This document shows positions 11,710-20,822 of a stretch of 64,000 bases of DNA, piece after piece (within the stretch, counting starts at the first letter, position 1; each line of letters begins with the position of its first letter). Under the pieces are notes generated by a model. It was given only the letters and a program-made list of their open reading frames with translations. It searched no databases and was not told the DNA's origin. The position numbers were made by a program, and so were the translations under genes. The stretch comes from Chitinophagaceae bacterium (GTDB lineage Bacteria > Bacteroidota > Bacteroidia > Chitinophagales > Chitinophagaceae): positions 48,841 through 112,840 of the forward strand of contig CANCAY010000001.1 in the NCBI GenBank assembly GCA_947374225.1, in the 5' to 3' direction.

Positions 11710-13314
11710 TTAATCCATTACGTCTTTGTCTATTTTGTTTTGTAAATAAATAACTCCAATTACGAAACACACAGCAGCAATCGCAATGGGATACCATAAA
11801 CCAGCCAATACATCTCCATTAGGATGTGCAGGTGATTTAGTGAATTCTACAATTAATGTTCCTAAAAACGGCACCAACCCGCCAAATACTCCATTCCCAA
11901 TATGATAAGGCAAAGACATGGAAGTATATCTAATTTTAGTTGGGAACATTTCTACTAAAAACGCAGCAATAGGACCATACACCATTGTTACATATACTAT
12001 TTGTATGAACACCAACCAGATCATATCCCAATAAGCAGATCGCCCCATTGTCTTTTCTACCACTACATTTGGCTTAGGTGATTTATACTTTATCATTTCT
12101 GGATTGATCAAAGTAAGTGGCCTAGAGCCATCCACTGCTGACTTAAGAATCATAGTATCTGTTTTAAAATATTTAAAAACAGAACCATCTAGGTAAGTAG
12201 TATCAGACTGTTGTTTGATATACAATTTAGTTTTATCCTTTGCGTCTATAATTGGAAATGCAGTTATCGTATTTGTTAATCTTAGATCCACAATTTGTGT
12301 GCGATTAGCTGCAGCAGTAATATTTATAAACTCTTGATAGATGGGCCTATAAGTTAATACAGCGGCCAACATGCCAATTAACATGATCCACTTTCTTCCA
12401 AATTTATCACTCAACCAACCAAATAATACAAAACAAGGAGTTGCCATTAAAATGGCAATTAGCATAATATTTCGTGATTGTATAAAATCAATTTTACAAA
12501 CCGTCTCGATAAAACTTTGCGCATAAAATTGTCCTGTATACCAAACTACCCCCTGCCCCATCACAGCTCCAAATAAAGCCAATAAAACCATTTTGAAATT
12601 GGCCTTATGTCCAAAACTTTCTTTTAAAGGATTCGTTGAAGTTTTACCCTCTGCCTTTAGTTTTGTAAACATAGGTGACTCACTCATTTTCATTCTTATC
12701 AACACAGAGACACCAACTAGTATAATTGAAATCCAAAATGGATAACGCCATCCGCCCCATTCTGCGCTAAATTGCTCCACGCCTTGATTTGTACGAATCA
12801 AAATAATGATACCCAATGCCAAAAACAAACCTAAGGTTGCAGTAGTCTGTATCCAACTAGTCCAAAAACCTCTTTGCCCCTCGGGAGCGTGCTCGGCAAC
12901 ATAGGTTGCGGCCCCGCCATACTCGCCTCCCAATGCCAAACCTTGTAATAATCTAAGTATTAAAACCAAAATGGGTGCCAACCAGCCAATAGTTTTAAAA
13001 CCAGGCACTAAACCAATTGCAAAAGTGGAACCACCCATTATGATTAATGTCAGTAAAAATGTATGCTTTCTTCCAATCAAATCCCCTAAACGTCCAAAAA
13101 CCAATGCACCAAATGGACGTACAATAAATCCAGCTGCAAAAATTGCCAATGTGCTTAAAAGAGCTGCTGTTCCTGCATCTGCGGGGAAAAATTGTTTTGA
13201 TAAAATAGTGGCCAACATTCCAAAAATGTAAAAATCATACCATTCAATTAAGGTTCCCACCGACGATGCTCCTATAACGAAAGCAATTTTGCTGGGTTGT
13301 TTTGTACCATTCAT
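11710..13314 (-). CDS. MFS transporter, metabolite:H+ symporter (MHS) family, with a large soluble insertion
   Basis: GTLIEWYDF, RPFGALVFGRLGDLIGRK, RLLQGLALGGEYGG, EMFPTKIRYTSMSLPYHIGNG. Confidence 0.9.
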   Translation of the reverse strand: MNGTKQPSKIAFVIGASSVGTLIEWYDFYIFGMLATILSKQFFPADAGTAALLSTLAIFAAGFIVRPFGALVFGRLGDLIGRKHTFLLTLIIMGGSTFAIGLVPGFKTIGWLAPILVLILRLLQGLALGGEYGGAATYVAEHAPEGQRGFWTSWIQTTATLGLFLALGIIILIRTNQGVEQFSAEWGGWRYPFWISIILVGVSVLIRMKMSESPMFTKLKAEGKTSTNPLKESFGHKANFKMVLLALFGAVMGQGVVWYTGQFYAQSFIETVCKIDFIQSRNIMLIAILMATPCFVLFGWLSDKFGRKWIMLIGMLAAVLTYRPIYQEFINITAAANRTQIVDLRLTNTITAFPIIDAKDKTKLYIKQQSDTTYLDGSVFKYFKTDTMILKSAVDGSRPLTLINPEMIKYKSPKPNVVVEKTMGRSAYWDMIWLVFIQIVYVTMVYGPIAAFLVEMFPTKIRYTSMSLPYHIGNGVFGGLVPFLGTLIVEFTKSPAHPNGDVLAGLWYPIAIAAVCFVIGVIYLQNKIDKDVMD

Positions 13315-13399
13315 AATTTATTTTTTAGCAAGTAATTATTCAAGTTAAATATTTAAACTGAAAAATGTAAATTGTGGTACACATTTTATAACGATTATA

Positions 13400-15337
13400 A
13401 TGAGCTATCCCTACCAAATTAAAAGTCTTGAAGCGTATCACGAAGCCTACAAGCAAAGTATTGAAAATCCAGCAGCCTTCTGGACTGAGATTGCCGAGAA
13501 TTTTACCTGGAGTAAAAAATGGGATACTGCATTAGATTGGAATTTCAAAGACCCGAAAATTGAATGGTTTAAAGGAGGTAAATTAAATATTACAGAAAAT
13601 TGCCTGGACCGACATTTAGAAAAAAATGGTGATACTCCTGCACTTATTTGGGAACCTAATGACCCAGAAGAACATCACCGTATAATCACTTACAAACAAT
13701 TACATTTAAAAGTTTGTCAATTTGCGCAAGTGTTATTAAACAATGGCGTTCAAAAAGGAGATCGTGTTTGTTTATACATGGGAATGATTCCTGAATTAAC
13801 TATTGCTGTTTTAGCTTGTGCTAGAATTGGTGCAATACATAGTGTTATTTTTGGAGGATTTTCTGCTCAAAGTATTGCAGACCGCCTAGAAGATGCAAAA
13901 GCAGAATTCATAATAACATGCGATGGCGCCTATAGAGGAGCAAAAGACATTCCATTAAAGTCAGTAATAGACGATGCGTTAATTGGAAACAAATCAATCA
14001 AACGCGTCATTGTTTGTACTAGAACCAGAACCGCAGTTTCCATGATTAAGGGTCGTGATGTTTGGTGGGAGGATGAAATTAAAAAAGTAGAATCTCAAGG
14101 ACTAGCATTAGTTGCACCCGTTCAAATGGATGCAGAAGATCCATTATTTATTTTATATACTTCTGGTTCAACAGGCAAGCCAAAAGGAGTTGTACATAGT
14201 GTTGCAGGCTATATGATTTATACTAACTACACTTTTGTAAACGTATTTCAATATCAACCTAATGATATCTTTTTCTGTACTGCTGACGTAGGTTGGATTA
14301 CAGGACATAGCTATATTATTTACGGACCATTAAGTGCTGGCGGAACTTCATTAATGTTTGAGGGTATTCCAACTTTTCCTGACGCTGGACGTTTCTGGGA
14401 TATCATTGACAAGTTCAGAGTAAATATTTTATACACTGCTCCAACAGCAATTCGTTCCCTAATGGGCTTTGGTTTAGGTCCAGTTAAAGACCATGACTTG
14501 AGCAGTTTGAAAGTATTAGGAACAGTAGGCGAACCTATAAACGAAGAAGCTTGGCATTGGTATGACGAAAATATTGGTAAGAAAAAATGTCCTATTGTTG
14601 ACACTTGGTGGCAAACAGAAACAGGAGGAATTTTAATATCCAATATGGCTGGAATTACACCAGGCAGACCAGGATGGGCAACTTATCCAATGCCTGGCGT
14701 TAAAGGGATTTTAGTAGATGACAAAGGCATTGAAGTAACTGAAATGGAAGACGGATTGTTCCGTGGTAATTTATGTATCACACAACCTTGGCCTGCTATT
14801 TTGAGAACTACTTACGGAGACCACGAAAGATGCCGAACTAATTATTTTGCAACATATGAGAACTTATATTTTACGGGTGACGGCGCTTTAAAAACCGAAG
14901 ACGGTCAGTTTAGAATTACCGGTCGTGTAGATGATGTATTAAACGTAAGTGGACACCGTATTGGTACTGCCGAAGTGGAAAATGCAATTAATATGCATGC
15001 TGGTGTGGTAGAAAGTGCGGTGGTAGGTTATCCTCATGACATCAAAGGACAGGGCATTTATGCTTATGTAATTTACACTGGCTCCCATGGACAGGATACA
15101 CATGGCACTGCAGACATGATTAGAAGAGATATTTTACAAACAGTTACTAGAATCATTGGCCCCATTGCTAAACCTGATAAAATTCAATTTGTTTCAGGTT
15201 TACCTAAAACAAGGTCTGGTAAAATTATGCGCCGCATTCTAAGAAAAGTAGCCGAAGGTGAATTGAAAAACGTAGGTGATACTTCTACTTTATTAGACCC
15301 TGCAGTAGTGGATGAAATTGTAAGAGGCGTTTTGTAA
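13400..15337 (+). CDS. acs: acetate--CoA ligase (AMP-forming acetyl-CoA synthetase)
   Basis: YTSGSTGKPKG, DTWWQTETGG, GRVDDVLNVSGHR, LPKTRSGKIMRR (acetylatable Lys). Confidence 0.97.
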   Translation: MSYPYQIKSLEAYHEAYKQSIENPAAFWTEIAENFTWSKKWDTALDWNFKDPKIEWFKGGKLNITENCLDRHLEKNGDTPALIWEPNDPEEHHRIITYKQLHLKVCQFAQVLLNNGVQKGDRVCLYMGMIPELTIAVLACARIGAIHSVIFGGFSAQSIADRLEDAKAEFIITCDGAYRGAKDIPLKSVIDDALIGNKSIKRVIVCTRTRTAVSMIKGRDVWWEDEIKKVESQGLALVAPVQMDAEDPLFILYTSGSTGKPKGVVHSVAGYMIYTNYTFVNVFQYQPNDIFFCTADVGWITGHSYIIYGPLSAGGTSLMFEGIPTFPDAGRFWDIIDKFRVNILYTAPTAIRSLMGFGLGPVKDHDLSSLKVLGTVGEPINEEAWHWYDENIGKKKCPIVDTWWQTETGGILISNMAGITPGRPGWATYPMPGVKGILVDDKGIEVTEMEDGLFRGNLCITQPWPAILRTTYGDHERCRTNYFATYENLYFTGDGALKTEDGQFRITGRVDDVLNVSGHRIGTAEVENAINMHAGVVESAVVGYPHDIKGQGIYAYVIYTGSHGQDTHGTADMIRRDILQTVTRIIGPIAKPDKIQFVSGLPKTRSGKIMRRILRKVAEGELKNVGDTSTLLDPAVVDEIVRGVL

Positions 15338-15357
15338 ACCTCATAACTAAAAAACTC

Positions 15358-15392
15358 AAATCCCGATGGCTTCAAAGCTTTCGGGATTTTTT
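15358..15392 (+). terminator. intrinsic terminator of acs
   Basis: AAATCCCGA/TCGGGATTT stem with inner pairs, followed by a T run. Confidence 0.75.
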
Positions 15393-15402
15393 ATTTCCAC
15401 AA

Positions 15403-15459
15403 TTTCATCAGACGCGTTCGCTTTCATCAGACGCGTTCGCTTTCATCAGACGCGTTCGC
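15403..15459. repeat. perfect tandem repeat, 3 x 19 bp (TTTCATCAGACGCGTTCGC)
   Basis: units 15403-15421, 15422-15440, 15441-15459 are identical; last unit completes hairpin AGACGC-GTTC-GCGTCT (15448-15463). Confidence 0.95.
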
Positions 15460-15487
15460 GTCTTCTTCTGCTTCAATAAAGAGCTTT

Positions 15488-15647
15488 ATAAAACAAACTA
15501 TCGCTCTCTGTTCGACCTGCCCGCTAAAAATGACCGCGTCCATCTAAAATCGCGAACTCGCTGCGCTCAGACATGCGCGATTTTTAACGATGCACTTGGT
15601 CATTTTCTTAACGCTAGGTCTCAGAGTTCGCGAGTAGTTTATTTTAT
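15488..15647. repeat. long imperfect inverted repeat A capped by core motif (core reads TGTCTGAGC-GCA-GCGAGTTC on the minus strand)
   Basis: nested pairs ATAAAA/TTTTAT, AAACTA/TAGTTT, TCGC/GCGA, CTCTG/CAGAG, GACCT/AGGTC, AAAATGACC/GGTCATTTT, CATC/GATG, AAAATCGCG/CGCGATTTT. Confidence 0.85.
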
Positions 15648-15677
15648 TCACTCTTTATATTATCAAACATTCAAAAG

Positions 15678-15856
15678 CGCAAGGCTTGGCGTATTCCAAT
15701 CCTGAACTTCGAGCCATAGCGTAAAAAAAATTGTAAAATCGAACGACTAAAACTTAGCTGTCTGAGCACGAAGTGCGAGTTCTAAGTTTTAGTTTGATTT
15801 TATTATTTTTTAGCGTCATGGCGAGCCGAGAAGGATGGGATATGCCAAGCTCTGCG
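15678..15856. repeat. long imperfect inverted repeat B capped by core motif TGTCTGAGC-ACGAAGT-GCGAGTTC (plus strand)
   Basis: nested pairs GCTTGGC/GCCAAGC, ATCCT/AGGAT, GCCAT/ATGGC, AAAATCGA/TTGATTTT and perfect 12-bp ACTAAAACTTAG/CTAAGTTTTAGT (15746-15757 / 15782-15793). Confidence 0.85.
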
Positions 15857-15916
15857 ATTCCTTCATTTTAAAAATAGAAGACACGACAGAGAAAAAGTGG
15901 GATACGCCAAGCCCTG
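15836..15916. repeat. 19-bp direct repeat TGGGATAYGCCAAGCYCTG (15836-15854 and 15898-15916; 17/19 identical)
   Basis: read directly; both copies are complementary to 15683-15697. Confidence 0.85.
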
Positions 15917-15950
15917 TAATAATAAAATATAGTTATAGAAAAAAAATCCC

Positions 15951-17447
15951 CTACTGTTCCATTAAATTTTTCAACTTTTTAGCTAAGAAGAATAAAATAA
16001 CAGAAGCAATTCCTGCCATGAAAACAAAGAACATAAAGAAATCATGAAGGTTGGCAATTTGATAGCCTAAGAATGCAGTTGTTTTTCCGTTTTCTGGATA
16101 CAACGCACTAAAAACTCCTGCTAATTTATTGGCAAAAGCATTGGCTGTAAACCATACTGCCATTAGTAAAGAAGCGAATTTAACAGGAGCTAATTTATTC
16201 ACTAAAGACAACCCAATGGGAGACAAACAAAGTTCTCCAAAAGTATGCATCATATACATTCCAATCAACCAAATCATGCTCACTTTTACTCCAGTACCTA
16301 CTCCATTTACGCCTGTTGCTATCCATAAATAACCTAATGCTAATAAAAATAATCCTGCGGCCATTTTATAAGGAGACGATGGTTCATGCTTTCCTAATTT
16401 AATCCAAAGCCAAGCCATTAATGGCGCTAATGTTACAACAAAAAGTGAATTCAGTGACTGAAAATAACTAGAAGGAACAACAAACCATCCTAAATCTCTT
16501 TGCGTATTTTCTTCTGCAAAGAAAGTTAAACTTGCGCCTGCTTGTTCGAAAGCACTCCAGAAGAAAACTACAAAAAAGGAAACTACAAATATCACTAGTA
16601 CTTTTTGCTTTTCAATTTTAGATAATATTTTATCAGAAAAAACAATCACCGCTATTAGCGTTATACAGGCTAACAATAAATAAAATAAATAACTTACAAT
16701 TTTAATATCGATGTATACAAGCGCGATGGTAATTAAGGATAAAACAAAAAGAAACAAAACCATTACTGGTAATTTCTGAAACCATTTTGGTGCATTGGCA
16801 GGCGCTTCCCCTAATTGATTCCCTTTTGGATCTTTTAAATACTTTTTTTGAAAAAGCCATTGTGTAAGCACGCTCAATAACATAGCTACCCCTCCGGCAA
16901 AAAACGCCCATTTAAAATCACCTGATTTTCCTGTGTCCCCAAAAAAGCCACATACAAAAGGTCCTAAAGCACCTCCTGTATTAATACCCATATAAAAAAT
17001 AGTATATGCTGCGTCTATTCTCTTATCCCCTTTTTCATATAACTGACCTACTAAACTTGAAATATTAGGTTTGAAAAAACCATTCCCTGAAATCATACAA
17101 CCCAGTCCAACATAAAATAGAATAGAGGAAATTTCTGGATTTTGATAATAATGACCACACCCAAATAAAACAAACTCTCCTATTGCCATCATGAGTCCTC
17201 CAACAATAATGGACTTATTATTTCCCCAGTAACGGTCAGCAATATAACCTCCTAATAAAGGGGTCAAATAAATCAAACTAGTATAACTACCGTATACCTG
17301 AGATGCAAACACTTTATCAAAAAGCAAGGCCTTGGTTAAAAACAACACCAAAATAGCACGCATGCCATAAAAGTTGAATCGTTCCCACATTTCAGTTGCA
17401 AACAAAACATACAAACCCCTAGGATGCTTAATTGTCGATGTTGACAT
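15951..17447 (-). CDS. proton-dependent oligopeptide transporter (POT/PTR family, MFS)
   Basis: EMWERFNFYGMR (ExxERFxYYG), GNGFFKPNIS, FYMGINTG, FEQAGASL, ELCLSPIGLS; start moved to ATG 17447. Confidence 0.93.
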   Translation of the reverse strand: MSTSTIKHPRGLYVLFATEMWERFNFYGMRAILVLFLTKALLFDKVFASQVYGSYTSLIYLTPLLGGYIADRYWGNNKSIIVGGLMMAIGEFVLFGCGHYYQNPEISSILFYVGLGCMISGNGFFKPNISSLVGQLYEKGDKRIDAAYTIFYMGINTGGALGPFVCGFFGDTGKSGDFKWAFFAGGVAMLLSVLTQWLFQKKYLKDPKGNQLGEAPANAPKWFQKLPVMVLFLFVLSLITIALVYIDIKIVSYLFYLLLACITLIAVIVFSDKILSKIEKQKVLVIFVVSFFVVFFWSAFEQAGASLTFFAEENTQRDLGWFVVPSSYFQSLNSLFVVTLAPLMAWLWIKLGKHEPSSPYKMAAGLFLLALGYLWIATGVNGVGTGVKVSMIWLIGMYMMHTFGELCLSPIGLSLVNKLAPVKFASLLMAVWFTANAFANKLAGVFSALYPENGKTTAFLGYQIANLHDFFMFFVFMAGIASVILFFLAKKLKNLMEQ

Positions 17448-17527
17448 AAGTATTCGTTTATTTAATTGACCCAAATTAATAAAATACCTTCAATAAATTT
17501 TACTTTCGTGTAGCAATCAATTGAATT

Positions 17528-18811
17528 ATGAATATTTTACTAATAGGTGGAGGAGGGCGTGAACACGCAATGGCGTGGAAAATGGCGAAAAGTCATCATT
17601 GTGACAACTTGTATATTGCTCCTGGTAACCCAGGTACTGCAAGCATTGGAACCAATGTGGCTATAGATAGTAACGATTTTGCATCGCTAAAACAATTTGC
17701 AATTGACAATACAATTGACATGATTGTGGTTGGACCAGAAGAACCATTGGTAAAAGGTATTTATGATTTTTTCGCAAAAGACGAGTCCACTCAGCATATT
17801 AATGTGATTGGGCCATCAGCCGAAGCGGCGCAATTAGAGGGCAGTAAAGCTTATAGCAAGCATTTCATGCAAAAGCACCATATCCCAACAGCGGGCTATG
17901 CCGAATTTACATTAGATAATTACGAGGACGGAATTCCTTATATCAAAGCCCATAGTTTACCAATTGTACTAAAAGCAGATGGTTTAGCGGCTGGTAAAGG
18001 GGTTATTATTGCCGAAACGCATGCGGATGCACTAGTGAGTTTTGAAGAAATGATCCAAAATAAGCAGTTTGGGGATGCGAGTTCTAAAGTGGTTATAGAG
18101 GAATTTTTAAAGGGAATTGAGGTTAGTGTTTTCGCCCTTACTGACGGCAAAAACTATCAAATTATAGGTCACGCCAAGGATTACAAGCGTATTGGAGTGG
18201 GTGATACAGGCTTAAATACTGGAGGAATGGGATGCGTAAGCCCTGTTCCTTTCATGGATGAAGCTTTTATGGCAAAAGTGGAAAAACAAATAATAGCCCC
18301 AACTATTCAAGGACTAGCACAAGAAAACTTGATTTATAAGGGTTTTGTATTTTTTGGATTAATGAATTGTGGTGGAGAACCCTATGTAATTGAATATAAT
18401 TGTAGGCTAGGTGACCCAGAAACGGAAGTTATTCTACCTAGATTACAAACGGATTTAGTGAGTTTGTTAGCAGCAACCGATAATGGTACATTAGAAGATG
18501 TAAATATTGAGTACTATGAGGGGTCTTTTGCCACTGTTATGGCGGTAAGTGCTGGCTATCCTGGCAACTATCCTAAAAATTTAAAAATTACTGGAATTGA
18601 AACTGCGAATGCATTACCACAAATTCAGGTATTCCAAGCTGGGACTGGATTTGACGGAGAACAAGTGGTAACAAAAGGAGGCCGTGTACTTACTGTAACT
18701 TCTCAAGGAAATGACCTCCAAGATGCAGTTCAAAAGGCAAAAACTGCTTTAACAAATATCCATTTTGAAGGCATGTATTTTAGAAATGATATTGGCTTTG
18801 AATTCAAGTAA
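17528..18811 (+). CDS. purD: phosphoribosylamine--glycine ligase
   Basis: GGGGREHA, APGNPG, LEGSKAYSK, KADGLAAGKGV, NTGGMG, EYNCRLGDPE. Confidence 0.97.
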   Translation: MNILLIGGGGREHAMAWKMAKSHHCDNLYIAPGNPGTASIGTNVAIDSNDFASLKQFAIDNTIDMIVVGPEEPLVKGIYDFFAKDESTQHINVIGPSAEAAQLEGSKAYSKHFMQKHHIPTAGYAEFTLDNYEDGIPYIKAHSLPIVLKADGLAAGKGVIIAETHADALVSFEEMIQNKQFGDASSKVVIEEFLKGIEVSVFALTDGKNYQIIGHAKDYKRIGVGDTGLNTGGMGCVSPVPFMDEAFMAKVEKQIIAPTIQGLAQENLIYKGFVFFGLMNCGGEPYVIEYNCRLGDPETEVILPRLQTDLVSLLAATDNGTLEDVNIEYYEGSFATVMAVSAGYPGNYPKNLKITGIETANALPQIQVFQAGTGFDGEQVVTKGGRVLTVTSQGNDLQDAVQKAKTALTNIHFEGMYFRNDIGFEFK

Positions 18812-18921
18812 AAGTTTTTAACAAAAATTATTCCTATTCATTTATTAAAAAGCTTTGTAGTTCAAGGATTTTAGATGATTTTTGCATCATTCAACTAGCA
18901 TTTTTAAAACACTGAAGAATA

Positions 18922-19947
18922 ATGGGATTATTTAACTTTTTTACTCAAGAAATTGCGATGGACTTGGGTACCGCTAATACACTTATCATCCACAATGACG
19001 AAGTAGTAGTAAACGAACCTTCAATTATTGCCTTAAATAGGAATAATATGAAAGAGGTTTTGGGCGTGGGCAAGAAAGCCTTATTGATGCATGAAAAAAC
19101 ACACGAAAGTATTAGAACAATTCGTCCATTAAAAGACGGTGTAATTGCCGACTTTAATGCTGCAGAATTAATGATTCGTGAGTTGATGAAAATGATTTAT
19201 CCTAAGAAGCCTTTATTCCCTCCAAGTTGGAGAATGGTTATATGCATTCCTTCTTCTATTACAGAGGTGGAAAAAAGAGCTGTGCGTGATAGTGCTGAAC
19301 AAGCTGGTGCAAAAGAAGTTTATATGATTCACGAACCTATGGCTGCTGCATTAGGTATTGGTATCGATGTGGAAGAGCCAGTTGGAAATATGATTATTGA
19401 TATCGGAGGTGGAACAACAGGCATTACCGTTATCGCATTAGCAGGTATTGTTTGTGATCAAAGTATTCGTATTGGTGGTGATGAATTTACTGCTGACATT
19501 ATGGAAGCATTAAGACGTTATCATAGTTTATTAGTTGGAGAGCGTACTGCGGAGCAAATTAAAATTCACGTAGGTGCCGCTTTAAAAGATTTAGACAACC
19601 CTCCTGACGACATGCCAGTAAACGGAAGAGACTTGGTAACAGGCATTCCTAAGCAAATCATGGTGTCTTATCAAGAAGTTGCAGAAGCATTAGATAAAAG
19701 CATTTTTAAAATTGAAGAAGCTATTTTAAAAGCATTGGAAACAACGCCTCCAGAATTAGCTGCTGATATTTATAGAAGAGGATTATACATTACAGGTGGT
19801 GGATCTTTATTACGCGGTCTTGATAAAAGATTGAGTGCAAAAATTAAATTGCCAGTACATGTTGCTGACGATCCATTAAAGAGTGTAGTTCGTGGAACAG
19901 GTATTGCGTTAAAGAATTATCAGCGCTTCCCATTCATCATGAGGTAA
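18922..19947 (+). CDS. mreB: rod shape-determining protein MreB
   Basis: DLGTANTL, RPLKDGVIADF, EPMAAALG, DIGGGTT, TGGGSLL. Confidence 0.97.
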   Translation: MGLFNFFTQEIAMDLGTANTLIIHNDEVVVNEPSIIALNRNNMKEVLGVGKKALLMHEKTHESIRTIRPLKDGVIADFNAAELMIRELMKMIYPKKPLFPPSWRMVICIPSSITEVEKRAVRDSAEQAGAKEVYMIHEPMAAALGIGIDVEEPVGNMIIDIGGGTTGITVIALAGIVCDQSIRIGGDEFTADIMEALRRYHSLLVGERTAEQIKIHVGAALKDLDNPPDDMPVNGRDLVTGIPKQIMVSYQEVAEALDKSIFKIEEAILKALETTPPELAADIYRRGLYITGGGSLLRGLDKRLSAKIKLPVHVADDPLKSVVRGTGIALKNYQRFPFIMR

Positions 19948-19967
19948 TAAAATAAAGCATATCACCT

Positions 19968-20822
19968 TTGAAGAATATCATTGGTTTCATACGACAAAAT
20001 TTTACTTTTTTTAGTTTTCTGATACTACAAATTGTGTCATTGGTAATGCTATCTACCTATAGCAAGTCACATGAGACTTTTTTTAGCGGCTGGAATAATC
20101 AAGTAGCAGGAAATATAAATGGATACTACAATAGATTCTCTTACTTTTTTGACTTGAAAACAACCAATGCAAAATTAGTTGCTGAGAATATTACTTTAAG
20201 AAATGAATTGGCTCAAAACTTTGTGCCCTTCGACACTACAAAAAAATCAGGTACTTTAATTTTAAGAAAGGATAGTCTAGAGAAAATTAGAAAGTTTTAT
20301 TATTATCCAGCAAAAGTCGTGGGTAGCACTTTCACTTTACAGAAGAACTATATTACAGTGGAAAGAGGTTCTCTTCAAGGGGTTAAAAAAGACATGGCAG
20401 TTATTAGTCCAGAAGGGAGTATTGTAGGAATTGTGGTGGACGTGAATGAGAACTATAGTAAAATAATGAGTTTATTGCATCGCAATAGCAAAGTAAGTGC
20501 TATGTTGAAGCGAAATAGAATAGCTGGTAGTATAGAATGGGATGGCGCTGATCCAGATATACTAACATTAAAAAATATATCCAAGAGTGCTATACCCAAA
20601 ATTGGAGACACGGTTTTAACAAGTCCTTACTCTTCTAATTTTCCTGCTCAGTTAATGATAGGAAAAGTAGTAAAAGTGATTCAAGACCCATCAAGTAATT
20701 TTTTAACGTTAAGTGTAAAGTCTTCTACTAATTTTTTCAATTTAGAATATGTGTATTTAGTGGAGAATAGAAGAATGGCTGAACAAAAATTAGTAGAACA
20801 AAACGATATTAAGAATGAATAA
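19968..20822 (+). CDS. mreC: rod shape-determining protein MreC
   Basis: TTG start, N-terminal TM, coiled coil, GDTVLTS, between mreB and mreD. Confidence 0.9.
   Translation: MKNIIGFIRQNFTFFSFLILQIVSLVMLSTYSKSHETFFSGWNNQVAGNINGYYNRFSYFFDLKTTNAKLVAENITLRNELAQNFVPFDTTKKSGTLILRKDSLEKIRKFYYYPAKVVGSTFTLQKNYITVERGSLQGVKKDMAVISPEGSIVGIVVDVNENYSKIMSLLHRNSKVSAMLKRNRIAGSIEWDGADPDILTLKNISKSAIPKIGDTVLTSPYSSNFPAQLMIGKVVKVIQDPSSNFLTLSVKSSTNFFNLEYVYLVENRRMAEQKLVEQNDIKNE

Noticed and set aside
15403-15459. Hammerhead ribozyme: the minus strand of the tandem repeat reads CUGAUGA...GAAA repeatedly
   Set aside because: The segment between CUGAUGA and the next GAAA (AAGCGAACGCGUCUGAU) cannot form stem II beyond one A-U pair, and I found no stem I/III with a UH cleavage site. 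A cmscan would settle it.
15403-15459. Mini CRISPR array
   Set aside because: Units are directly adjacent with no spacers, and there are no cas genes.
15835-16047. 70-aa plus-strand ORF in the structured intergenic region
   Set aside because: Overlaps the POT gene antisense and the repeat arms; no recognisable motif or coding-like composition.
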